Translations under genes and position numbers: made by a program
Assembly: GCA_046598435.1 (NCBI GenBank)
Contig: JBKJIL010000136.1
Span: forward strand, 1 to 49,691
Direction of reading: 5' to 3'
Length of the DNA: 49,691 nt
Source of the DNA: Acidimicrobiales bacterium
GTDB taxonomy: Bacteria; Actinomycetota; Acidimicrobiia; Acidimicrobiales; VFJN01
In this document: piece by piece, positions 25,615 through 34,099 of the stretch
How the letters are laid out: each line of letters begins with the position of its first letter
Position numbering within the stretch: position 1 is the first letter of the stretch
Notes under the pieces: generated by a model
Database searches by the model: none
What the model was told of the DNA's origin: nothing
What the model saw: the letters and a program-made list of their open reading frames with translations, nothing else

Positions 25615-26658
25615 ATGCTGCCCCCGCGCCTCCCCCAGCCTCGCGGCCCGATCTCGGCCCACGCCCTGCGCCTGCTCCACCACGGCTCGGCCCCCGCACC
25701 GACCGCCTTCGCCGCCGCCATCGGGCGAGCGGATCTCGGTGACGACGATCTGCAGCTCGCGCTCTACGCGCTCTACGAGCTGCACTACCGCGGCTTCGAA
25801 GGGGTCGACCCCGCCATGGAGTGGGCGGCGGAACCTCTCGAGCTGCGGGCCCGGCTCGAGGCCCGGTTCGAGGAGCTCGTCCGCGCCGCCGTGCACGAGT
25901 CCGACACCAACGACCCCCCAGCAGACCCCCCAGCAGACCCCCCGGTCGACATCCACCGCGCCATCGCCGCGGCCGCCGGCCCGTCGCTGTCGCAGTGGGT
26001 CGAGCGGCACGCAACGGCGGAGCACCTTCGGGAGCTCGCCATCCACCGCTCGCCGTACCAGCTGAAGGAGGCGGACCCGCACACGTGGGCCATCCCCCGG
26101 CTGCCGGCGGGACCAGCCAAGAGCGCCCTGCTCGCGCTCCAGTTCGACGAGTACGGCAACGGTCGCCCGGGGCACACCCACGCCGAGCTCTTCGCGGACA
26201 CCATGCGCTCGCTGGACCTCGACGCCCGCTACGGCCACCACCTCGACGCCATCCCCGGCATCACGCTGGCCACGGTCAACCTGCTGTCGATGTTCGGCCT
26301 CCACCGGCGGTGGCTCGGCGCCTGCGTGGGACACCTCGCCGTGTTCGAGATGACCTCGGTCTCGCCGATGGCGCGGTACGCGGCGACGCACCGGCGGGTG
26401 ACAGGTGTCGAGTGGGGGTGCGAGTTCTACGACACCCACGTGGCCGCCGATGCGCTCCACGGGGTCATCGCGGCCGAGCAGCTGGTGCCCGCCTTCATCG
26501 AGCAGCTCCCGCAACAGGCCGACGACGTGCTGTTCGGTGCTCGTGCCCTGCTGGCGGTGGAGGAGCGCTTCGCCACCCACGTCCTGGATCGTTGGGCGCG
26601 TGGCCGCACCTCGCTCCTCGAGCCACGCCGCCAGGGAGCCGTGGCATCGGCGGCCTGA
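25615..26658 (+). CDS. iron-containing redox enzyme family protein (heme-oxygenase-like fold, PF14518-type)
   Basis: The block DDLQLALYALYELHYRGFEGVDPAMEWAAEPLELRARLEARFE, plus LALQFDEYGNG, ELFADTM and FEMTS...YDTHVAADALH, is typical of this family. ATG 25615 follows GGAAGGAACGGGGG. Confidence 0.7.
   Translation: MLPPRLPQPRGPISAHALRLLHHGSAPAPTAFAAAIGRADLGDDDLQLALYALYELHYRGFEGVDPAMEWAAEPLELRARLEARFEELVRAAVHESDTNDPPADPPADPPVDIHRAIAAAAGPSLSQWVERHATAEHLRELAIHRSPYQLKEADPHTWAIPRLPAGPAKSALLALQFDEYGNGRPGHTHAELFADTMRSLDLDARYGHHLDAIPGITLATVNLLSMFGLHRRWLGACVGHLAVFEMTSVSPMARYAATHRRVTGVEWGCEFYDTHVAADALHGVIAAEQLVPAFIEQLPQQADDVLFGARALLAVEERFATHVLDRWARGRTSLLEPRRQGAVASAA
25915..25938 (+). repeat. in-frame 12-nt tandem duplication (CCCCCAGCAGAC x2, plus a partial third copy)
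   Basis: Read directly. It encodes DPPADPPADPP inside the iron-enzyme gene. Confidence 0.6.
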
Positions 26659-26734
26659 GTCACGCATCGCTTCCCTTGGGGCGCCCGTTCATCTACGCTG
26701 AGTAGAAGAACCCCCCCGACGTCCTGGAGGACCC

Positions 26735-27583
26735 GTGCCGGCCAACCTCGCGCAACGCCCCCCGATCCGCCCCCGCAGCATCACCGTGCGCCGCCTCGAC
26801 CTCGACTATCCGGGGGCCGACCTGCCGAAGCACTTCGTGGCCGATGATCCCGTGCGCAGCCACATCGCGGCGATGCTGTCGTCGGTGTTCCCCGAGGGCG
26901 AGGACTTCTTCGTTCGCAGCGTGCGCAACTACCGAGACCAGATCTCCGACCCCGAGCTCAAGGAGCAGGTGAAGGGGTTCATCGGGCAGGAGGCGCTCCA
27001 CGGGCGTGAGCACCGCGCCTTCAACGAGCGCCTGCAGCAGCTGGGCTACCCCACCCGCTTCGTCGACCGGCGCACGAAGGCGGGGCTCGCGCTGCTCGCC
27101 AAGATCGCCCCCAAGCGCACGCAGCTGGCGGTCACGGCCGCCCTCGAGCACTACACAGCGACGCTGGCCGAGGTGCTCCTGCGGGACGAAGCCGCGCTCA
27201 ACGAGTTCACCTCCGAAGAGATCCGCACGCTGTTCGCGTGGCACGCCCTCGAGGAGACCGAGCACAAGTCGGTGGCCTTCGACGTGTTCCAGGATGTGTG
27301 CGGCAGCCGCCGGGTCCGGGTGGGCACGATGTACGCGGTGCACGCCGGCTTCCTCCTCGCCATGACCGCCTCGGTGGCCATGTCGGCGACATCCGAGCTC
27401 CGCGACCCGCGGCGTCTGGCCCGCAGCGTGCTCGGCCTGCGGTCGCACCCCTTCTTCCAGCGCGCCGTCCTGCAGCGCCTGCGCGACTACGACCGGGCCG
27501 ACTTCCACCCTGACGACCACGACACGACCGAGCTCCTCGAGCGCTGGCGCGTCACCCTGGCCGGTCTCGCCGCGGCGTCCTGA
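26735..27583 (+). CDS. predicted metal-dependent hydrolase (PF10118/COG3687-like)
   Basis: Segments FPEGEDFFVRSVRNYRDQI, GFIGQEALHGREHRAFNERL and WHALEETEHKSVAFDVF carry ExxH-type metal motifs. GTG follows GGAGGA. Confidence 0.65.
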   Translation: MPANLAQRPPIRPRSITVRRLDLDYPGADLPKHFVADDPVRSHIAAMLSSVFPEGEDFFVRSVRNYRDQISDPELKEQVKGFIGQEALHGREHRAFNERLQQLGYPTRFVDRRTKAGLALLAKIAPKRTQLAVTAALEHYTATLAEVLLRDEAALNEFTSEEIRTLFAWHALEETEHKSVAFDVFQDVCGSRRVRVGTMYAVHAGFLLAMTASVAMSATSELRDPRRLARSVLGLRSHPFFQRAVLQRLRDYDRADFHPDDHDTTELLERWRVTLAGLAAAS

Positions 27584-27601
27584 GCCGGTCGGAGCGCAGC
27601 G

Positions 27602-29503
27602 TCAGCCCACGTCAGCGGCGGCGCCGGCGAACTGGGCGTTGTAGAGCTTGAAGTAGGGGCCGTCGTGGCCCAGCAGCTCGGCGTGGGTGCCCTGCTCGAC
27701 GATGCGACCGTCCTCCATCACCAGGATGATGTCGGCACCGCGGATCGTGGAGAGCCGGTGCGCGATCACGAAGCTGGTGCGCTGCGCCCGCAGCGCGTTC
27801 ATGGCCTCCTGGATGAGCACCTCGGTGCGCGTGTCGACCGAGCTGGTGGCCTCGTCCAGGATGAGGATGGCCGGATCCGACAGAAAGGCGCGGGCGATGG
27901 TGAGCAGCTGCTTCTCCCCGGCGCTCACGTTGTCGCCCTCCTCGTTGATCAGCGTGTCGTACCCATCCGGGAGCGAGTGGACGAAGCGGTCGACGTAGGT
28001 GGTGCGGGCCGCGGCCAGCACCTCCGCATCGGTGGCACCGGGCTTGCCGTAGGCGATGTTGTCGCGGATCGTGCCGCCGAACAGCCAGGTGTCCTGCAGC
28101 ACCATCCCGACCTGGGAGCGCAGCTCCCGACGGGGAAGGGCGGAGATGTCCACGCCGTCCAGGGTGATCGACCCGCCGTCGATCTCGTAGAAGCGCATGA
28201 TGAGGTTCACGAGGGTGGTCTTGCCCGCCCCGGTGGGACCGACGACGGCCACCGTCTGACCGGGCTCGGCCACCACGGAGAGCCCCTCGATGAGTGGTCG
28301 GTCCGGGTCGTAGGAGAAGTGGACGTCGTCGAACACGATGCGCCCCTTGGCCGGGGCAGGGTCGACGGTCGCCGCCGGCTCGGGCGACTCCTCCTCGGCG
28401 TCGAGCAGCTCGAGGACGCGCTCCAGCGACGCGATGCCCGACTGGAACACGGTGGCCATCGACGCCAGGTTGGTGAGGGGCTGGGAGAACTGACGGGCGT
28501 ACTGGATGAACGCCTGCATCTCGCCCACGGTGATGGCCCCGCTGGCGATGCGCAGCCCACCCACCACCGCGATCAGGGCGTACTGGATGTTGCCCATGAA
28601 CAGCATGGTGGGCTGGATGAGGCTGGACATGAACTGCGCCCCGAAGCTGGCCTCGAACAGCTCGTCGTTCTTGTCGCTGAAGCGGGCCTCCACCTCGCGC
28701 TGACGCCCGAAGCTCTTCACGATGGCGTGGCCGGTGAAGGCCTCCTCCACCTGGGCGTTCAGCATCCCGGTGTGCGTCCACTGCGACATGAAGCGCGGCC
28801 GGGCCCGGGCGCCGATGACCTTCATGGCCCACAGCGAGGCGGGAACGGTGATGAGCGCCACGCCCGCCAGCAACGGCGAGATCGTGAACATCATGACGAT
28901 CACCCCGACCATGGAGAGCGTGGACGTGAGGATCTGGCTCACGGTCTGCTGCAGGCTCTGGGCCAGGTTGTCGATGTCGTTGGTGACCCGGCTGAGCAGA
29001 TCCCCACGGCTCTGGCCGTCGACGTAGCGCAGGGGCAAGCGGTTGAGCTTGGCCTCGATGGACGCCCGCAGCCCGTACATGGAGCGCTGCACGACCCCGG
29101 CCAGGATGTACCCCTGGAGGTAGGACAGGGCCCACGACAACAGGTACAGGCCCACCACGAAGGCCAGCATGCGATGCAGGCGGGCGTAGTCGATCCCGGC
29201 GGAGGTGATCACCCCCTGCACGATCACGTCGGTGGCGTTGCCGAGCAGGCGGGGCCCGACGACGACGAGCGCCACGCTCACGAGGGTGAGGGCGAGCACG
29301 GCCACCAGCTTCGAGCGCTCACCGGCCAAGAGGTCCCAGAGGCGACGCAGCGCCGTGGTGAAGTCGTGACTGCGTTCGGTGGGCATCCCGATGGCGCTGC
29401 CGAAACCGCCCTGACGGCGCTGCGACGGCGGTCCCGCCACCGCCAGGATCTCGCGCTCTTCGTCGCTGGTGCCCTTGGTGGGCTCCTTCGTGATCTCGTT
29501 CAC
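27602..29503 (-). CDS. ABC exporter, fused permease/ATPase (MdlB/type-1 exporter half-transporter)
   Basis: Six-TM N-terminal domain, then GPTGAGKTTLVNLI, VSAGEKQLLTIARA and ILILDEATSSVD. GTG start in a GTGA overlap with the upstream stop. Confidence 0.85.
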   Translation of the reverse strand: MNEITKEPTKGTSDEEREILAVAGPPSQRRQGGFGSAIGMPTERSHDFTTALRRLWDLLAGERSKLVAVLALTLVSVALVVVGPRLLGNATDVIVQGVITSAGIDYARLHRMLAFVVGLYLLSWALSYLQGYILAGVVQRSMYGLRASIEAKLNRLPLRYVDGQSRGDLLSRVTNDIDNLAQSLQQTVSQILTSTLSMVGVIVMMFTISPLLAGVALITVPASLWAMKVIGARARPRFMSQWTHTGMLNAQVEEAFTGHAIVKSFGRQREVEARFSDKNDELFEASFGAQFMSSLIQPTMLFMGNIQYALIAVVGGLRIASGAITVGEMQAFIQYARQFSQPLTNLASMATVFQSGIASLERVLELLDAEEESPEPAATVDPAPAKGRIVFDDVHFSYDPDRPLIEGLSVVAEPGQTVAVVGPTGAGKTTLVNLIMRFYEIDGGSITLDGVDISALPRRELRSQVGMVLQDTWLFGGTIRDNIAYGKPGATDAEVLAAARTTYVDRFVHSLPDGYDTLINEEGDNVSAGEKQLLTIARAFLSDPAILILDEATSSVDTRTEVLIQEAMNALRAQRTSFVIAHRLSTIRGADIILVMEDGRIVEQGTHAELLGHDGPYFKLYNAQFAGAAADVG

Positions 29504-31236
29504 GCCGACACCTCCTCGCCGATCTGCGACGCGACGATCTCCCGGTAGGTGGAGCAGGTCGCGAGGAGGTCGTCGTGGGCGCCGGCGCCGACGACAGCGC
29601 CATCTTCGAGCACGAGGATCTGGTCGGCCGAGGAGATGGTGGCCACCCGCTGGGCCACCACGAGCACCGCGGCAGCCCTCGTGTGCGGCTCGAGGGCGGC
29701 CCGCAACCGGGCGTCAGTGGCCAGGTCGAGGGCCGAGAACGAGTCGTCGAAGATGTAGACGTCGGGCTGCACCACGAGGGCCCGAGCGATGGCCAGGCGC
29801 TGCCGCTGACCACCGGACACGTTGGTGCCACCCTGACTGATCTCGCTGTCGAGACCCGCCGGCATGGCTCGCACGAAGTCCCCAGCCTGCGCCACCTCGA
29901 GCGCGGCCCAGAGCTCGTCGTCGGTGGCATCGGGACGTCCGTAGCGCAGGTTGCTGGCGACGGTGCCCGAGAAGAGGTACGGCTTCTGCGGCACGTAGCC
30001 GACCTTGCTCCACAGGAGATCCGGGTCGAGCTCTCGCACGTCGACCCCGTCGACCAGCACGGAGCCCGACGTGGCGTCGAAGAGGCGGGGCACCAGGTTC
30101 ACGAGCGTGGACTTCCCGGCGCCGGTGCTGCCCACGATGGCCGTCGTCTGGCCCGCCTCGATGCGAAGCGAGATGTCGCTGAGCACGGCGTGCTCGGCGC
30201 CCGGGTAGTGGAAGCCCACCCCGCGCATCTCGAGCGTGCCCCGCTCGAGCACCGCCATCACGGGGTGCTCGGCGGCGGTCACCGAGGAGGGCGTGAGCAG
30301 TACCTCTTGGATGCGATCGGCGGCCACCGCCGCTCGGGGGATCATCGAGACCATGAAGGTCGCCATCACGACGGCCATGAGGATCTGGACCAGGTAGCTC
30401 AGGTAGGCGATGAGCGAGCCGAGCTGCATCTCGCCGGCACCGATGCGGTTGGCACCCACCCAGAGCACCGCGATGCTCGACGCGTTGATGATGAACATCA
30501 CCGTGGGGAACATCGAGGCCATGAGGCGACCAGAGCGCAGCGACGTGTCGGTCAGGCTCTGGTTGGCCTCGGCGAAGCGAACGGTCTCCTCGGGCTCGCG
30601 AGCGAAGGCGCGCACCACGCGGATGCCCGTGATCTGCTCCCGCAGCACCCGGTTCACCCGGTCGATGCGCTCCTGCATGAGCTGGAAGTTCGGCACCATC
30701 CTGCGCACGACCGAGCCAAGGATCACCACGGCCGCCGGGATGCTCACGGTGGGCACGATCGAGAGGCCGACGTCTTCGCGCAGGGCCATGAACGTGCCGA
30801 TCACCATCGTGATGGGCACCGCGATCATCATGGTGCAGGCCATGACGACGAGGATCTGCACCTGCTGCACGTCGTTGGTGATGCGGGTGATGAGCGACGG
30901 CGCACCGAAGTGACCCACCTCGCGAGCCGAGAAGGCCGTGACCCGGTGGAACAGGTCGCGGCGCACGTCACGCCCGAAGCCCATGGCCGCCCGGGCGCCG
31001 AACCACACTGCCCCGGCGGCGAACACGATCTGGATGATCGTGAACCCACCCATCACCGCACCCGTGCGGTAGATGAACCCGTTGTCGCCTCGGAGCACGC
31101 CCTTGTCGATGATGTCGGCGTTGAGGGTGGGCAGGGTCAGGGCGGCGAAGGTCTGGACGGTCTGCAGCAGGACCACCAGCGCCACCGTCTTGCGATACGG
31201 CCCGAGATGGGACACGAGGAGGCGGCGCAGGCTCAT
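29500..31236 (-). CDS. ABC exporter, fused permease/ATPase (partner half-transporter)
   Basis: Motifs GSTGAGKSTLVNLV, VSGGQRQRLAIARAL and IYIFDDSFSALD. ATGA overlap with the TetR stop. Confidence 0.85.
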   Translation of the reverse strand: MSLRRLLVSHLGPYRKTVALVVLLQTVQTFAALTLPTLNADIIDKGVLRGDNGFIYRTGAVMGGFTIIQIVFAAGAVWFGARAAMGFGRDVRRDLFHRVTAFSAREVGHFGAPSLITRITNDVQQVQILVVMACTMMIAVPITMVIGTFMALREDVGLSIVPTVSIPAAVVILGSVVRRMVPNFQLMQERIDRVNRVLREQITGIRVVRAFAREPEETVRFAEANQSLTDTSLRSGRLMASMFPTVMFIINASSIAVLWVGANRIGAGEMQLGSLIAYLSYLVQILMAVVMATFMVSMIPRAAVAADRIQEVLLTPSSVTAAEHPVMAVLERGTLEMRGVGFHYPGAEHAVLSDISLRIEAGQTTAIVGSTGAGKSTLVNLVPRLFDATSGSVLVDGVDVRELDPDLLWSKVGYVPQKPYLFSGTVASNLRYGRPDATDDELWAALEVAQAGDFVRAMPAGLDSEISQGGTNVSGGQRQRLAIARALVVQPDVYIFDDSFSALDLATDARLRAALEPHTRAAAVLVVAQRVATISSADQILVLEDGAVVGAGAHDDLLATCSTYREIVASQIGEEVSA

Positions 31237-31838
31237 CGCTGCGCCTCGATGCCCCGCAGCAAGAGGGCCACGATGGCCGACGGCGCGAGCGGCTCGCTGG
31301 CGAGGATCGGGTGCGTGACCGACAAGGTGAGGGCACGGAGCAGCCGCCCGGCGGCCTGCGGCTCCACGGTCAGACGATGGCGCTCCGGCTCGAAGAGGGC
31401 GGTCATGGCGGCGCTCTCGCTCAGTGGCCGAGCGGCGCTGTCGCGCAGCTTCGATCCGAGGTTCGACAGCAGCTGCCAGATGTCGACCACCCGGCGCTGG
31501 TAGATGGCGGCGGCCTCGAGCAACCGCTCCTCGAAGGGCGCGTCAGGATCGATGGCGCGCAGGGCAGCCTCGGTGGGTCCCATGTCCAGGGCCGCCTCCA
31601 GGGTGGCCGACAGGAGCTCGTCCTTGTCGGCGAACACACGGAAGATCGTCCCCTCGGCGATCCCCGCGGCCTCCGCGATCTGGCGGGTGGTGACCATCTC
31701 CCCGTGCTCGACGAGCAGGGGCCGGGTGGCCTCGATGATGGCGGCCCGCCGTTCGGGCGCCGGCAGCGCCGAGGCTCGACGGGATGACGTGGCGGAGGAG
31801 GGCACCGCCGCACCGTATCTGAGTGAGTGCTCACTCAA
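31233..31838 (-). CDS. TetR/AcrR family transcriptional regulator
   Basis: HTH region TTRQIAEAAGIAEGTIFRVFADKDELL. Start is TTG 31838 or GTG 31805. Co-operonic with the two ABC exporter genes. Confidence 0.8.
   Translation of the reverse strand: MSEHSLRYGAAVPSSATSSRRASALPAPERRAAIIEATRPLLVEHGEMVTTRQIAEAAGIAEGTIFRVFADKDELLSATLEAALDMGPTEAALRAIDPDAPFEERLLEAAAIYQRRVVDIWQLLSNLGSKLRDSAARPLSESAAMTALFEPERHRLTVEPQAAGRLLRALTLSVTHPILASEPLAPSAIVALLLRGIEAQR
31820..31837. promoter_or_regulatory. 8-2-8 inverted repeat TGAGTGAG-TG-CTCACTCA, candidate operator
   Basis: Read directly. It sits at the 5' end of the TetR gene, in the divergent region facing the acyl-CoA dehydrogenase gene. Confidence 0.45.
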
Positions 31839-31936
31839 GTAACTTGTCCCGAGAGGCGGCGACGCTTCGCCGTCGCCTACGTTGCCTGCCCGACCGCTTC
31901 GGTCACCCCGTCCGCCACAACGCAGAGGATCCGTCC

Positions 31937-34090
31937 ATGTCGATCGCCATCACCGAAGACCACCGCGCCCTGGCCGACACGGCCGCTGACCTGCTGCTGA
32001 AGCGCGATGCCCGCGGTGCTGCTCGGGCGCTGCTGGAAGCGCCCACGGAGACCCTGCCGGAGCTGTGGGACGAGCTGGTCGCCCTGGGCTGGCTCGGCTT
32101 GCACCTCCCCGAGGCCCACGGTGGCTCGGGCTACAGCCTCGAAGAGCTCGTGATCGTGGTGGAGGAGCTGGGCCGGGCCATGACGCCTGGCCCGTTCGTG
32201 CCGACCGTGCTGGCCAGCGCCGTGCTGGCGGCCGCCGGCGACGACGCCCTGCAGGCGGCGCTGCTCCCCGGACTGGCCGATGGGTCGGTGACCGGGGCCG
32301 TCGGGCTCGGCGGCTCCATCACGGTCACCGGCGGCACCGCGTCCGGCTCGGCCGGCGTGGTGCTGGGGGGCGGCTTGGCCAAGCTCCTCCTGCTCGTCGC
32401 CGGTGACGACGTCGTCGTCGTCCAGGTGGGCGACGGGGTGACCGTCGAGGTGCCCGCCAACCTCGATCCCACGCGGCGCTCCGCCAGGGTGACCCTCGAC
32501 GGCGCCTCCGTCACCGTGGTGAACGGCGCCCGCCAGGTGCTGGTGGACCTGACGCGGCTCATCCTGTCGGCTGAGGCCGTGGGCCTGGCCCGCGAGTGCA
32601 CCGAGCAGGCCGCGGCGTACGCCAAGGAGCGCATCCAGTTCGGTCGGCCCATCGCGATGTACCAGGCCGTGAAGCACCACTGCGCCAACATGGTCGTGGC
32701 CACGGAGCTGGCCACCTCGGCCGTGTGGGACGCCGCCCGGGCGGCCGCCACCGGCGGCGACCAGCTCAGCTACGCGGCGGCCGTGGCCGCCACGCTGGCC
32801 GCCCCGGCGGCCGACCTCTGCGCCAACCTCAACACCCAGGTGCATGGCGGCATCGCCATCACGTGGGAGCACGACGCCCACCTCTACATGCGCCGGGCCA
32901 CCACGCTGCTGAGCTTCCTGGAGGCCGACAGGGCCGCCGCCGACCTCACGGATCTGACCCGCGCCGGCGTGACCCGCGCCAAGACCGTCGAGCTGCCGCC
33001 GGAGGCCGAGGCCATCCGCGACGAGGTGGCCGCCTTCGCCAACAGCATCAAGGGCCTCTCACCCGACGAGCAGCGCAGCAAGCTGATCGAGACCGGCTAC
33101 GTGATGCCCCACTGGCCCAAGCCCTACGGGCGGGCCGCCGGCGCCATCGAGCAGCTCGTGATCGAGCAGGAGTTCGAGGCGGCCGGCATCAAGCGCCCCG
33201 GCTACGGCATCACGGCGTGGAACATCCTCACCCTGATCCAGTACGCCACCCAGGATCAGCTCGACCGGTGGGTGCAGCCGGCGCTCAACCAGGACGTCAT
33301 CTGGTGCCAGCTCTTCAGCGAGCCCGACGCCGGGTCCGACGCGGCCGGCGTGAAGACCAAGGCCACGCGAGTGGAGGGGGGCTGGCTCGTCAACGGTCAG
33401 AAGGTGTGGACGAGCGGCGCCCACGTCTCGGGCATGGGCTTCGCCACCGTGCGCACCAACCCCGACGTGCCCAAGCACCAGGGCATCACGACGATGGTGA
33501 TCGACATGCACGCCGACGGCGTCGAGGTGCGCCCCCTCAAGATGACCACGGGCAACTCGGAGTTCAACGAGGTCTTCTTCAACGACGTGTTCGTGCCCGA
33601 CGACGACGTCGTCGGGCCCGTCGACGGCGGCTGGACGGTGGCCCGCGCCACCCTCGGCAACGAGAGCGTGAGCATCGGCGGTGGCGGCGGCGGCATGTCG
33701 CTCCCGGCCACGGCCCTGATCGCGCCCTTCGACGCCCACCCCGAGCGTCTCGCCGGCGGTGCCGCTCGGGTCGGCCGCTACGCGGCCGAGCACCAGGCCA
33801 TGGGCCTGCTCAACCTGCGCAGCGCCAACCGGGCCGTGGCCGGCGGCGAGCCCGGGCCGGAGGGCGCGATGACCAAGCTCGTGCTGTCGGAGATCGGCCA
33901 CGAAGCGGCCGCCATCCTCACCGAGCTCGGTGGCACCGACAGCGCGTTCATGGAAGGCCCCGGCCTCATGAGCAACATGCTCGTGCTCATGCACCGGGGC
34001 ATGTCCATCGCCGGCGGCACCTCCGAGATCAAGCGCAACCAGATCGGCGAGCGCATCCTCGGTCTGCCCCGCGACCCGCTGATCAAGTAG
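31937..34090 (+). CDS. fused two-domain acyl-CoA dehydrogenase (717 aa)
   Basis: Two complete ACAD-like halves. The first ends ...RIQFGRPIAMYQAVKHHCANM...VHGGIAITWEHDAHLYMRRA. The second contains WCQLFSEPDAGSDAAGVKT, WLVNGQKVWTSGA and IAGGTSEIKRNQIGERILGLPRD. ATG 31937 follows GAGGAT. Confidence 0.8.
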   Translation: MSIAITEDHRALADTAADLLLKRDARGAARALLEAPTETLPELWDELVALGWLGLHLPEAHGGSGYSLEELVIVVEELGRAMTPGPFVPTVLASAVLAAAGDDALQAALLPGLADGSVTGAVGLGGSITVTGGTASGSAGVVLGGGLAKLLLLVAGDDVVVVQVGDGVTVEVPANLDPTRRSARVTLDGASVTVVNGARQVLVDLTRLILSAEAVGLARECTEQAAAYAKERIQFGRPIAMYQAVKHHCANMVVATELATSAVWDAARAAATGGDQLSYAAAVAATLAAPAADLCANLNTQVHGGIAITWEHDAHLYMRRATTLLSFLEADRAAADLTDLTRAGVTRAKTVELPPEAEAIRDEVAAFANSIKGLSPDEQRSKLIETGYVMPHWPKPYGRAAGAIEQLVIEQEFEAAGIKRPGYGITAWNILTLIQYATQDQLDRWVQPALNQDVIWCQLFSEPDAGSDAAGVKTKATRVEGGWLVNGQKVWTSGAHVSGMGFATVRTNPDVPKHQGITTMVIDMHADGVEVRPLKMTTGNSEFNEVFFNDVFVPDDDVVGPVDGGWTVARATLGNESVSIGGGGGGMSLPATALIAPFDAHPERLAGGAARVGRYAAEHQAMGLLNLRSANRAVAGGEPGPEGAMTKLVLSEIGHEAAAILTELGGTDSAFMEGPGLMSNMLVLMHRGMSIAGGTSEIKRNQIGERILGLPRDPLIK

Positions 34091-34099
34091 GGGCTGCGC

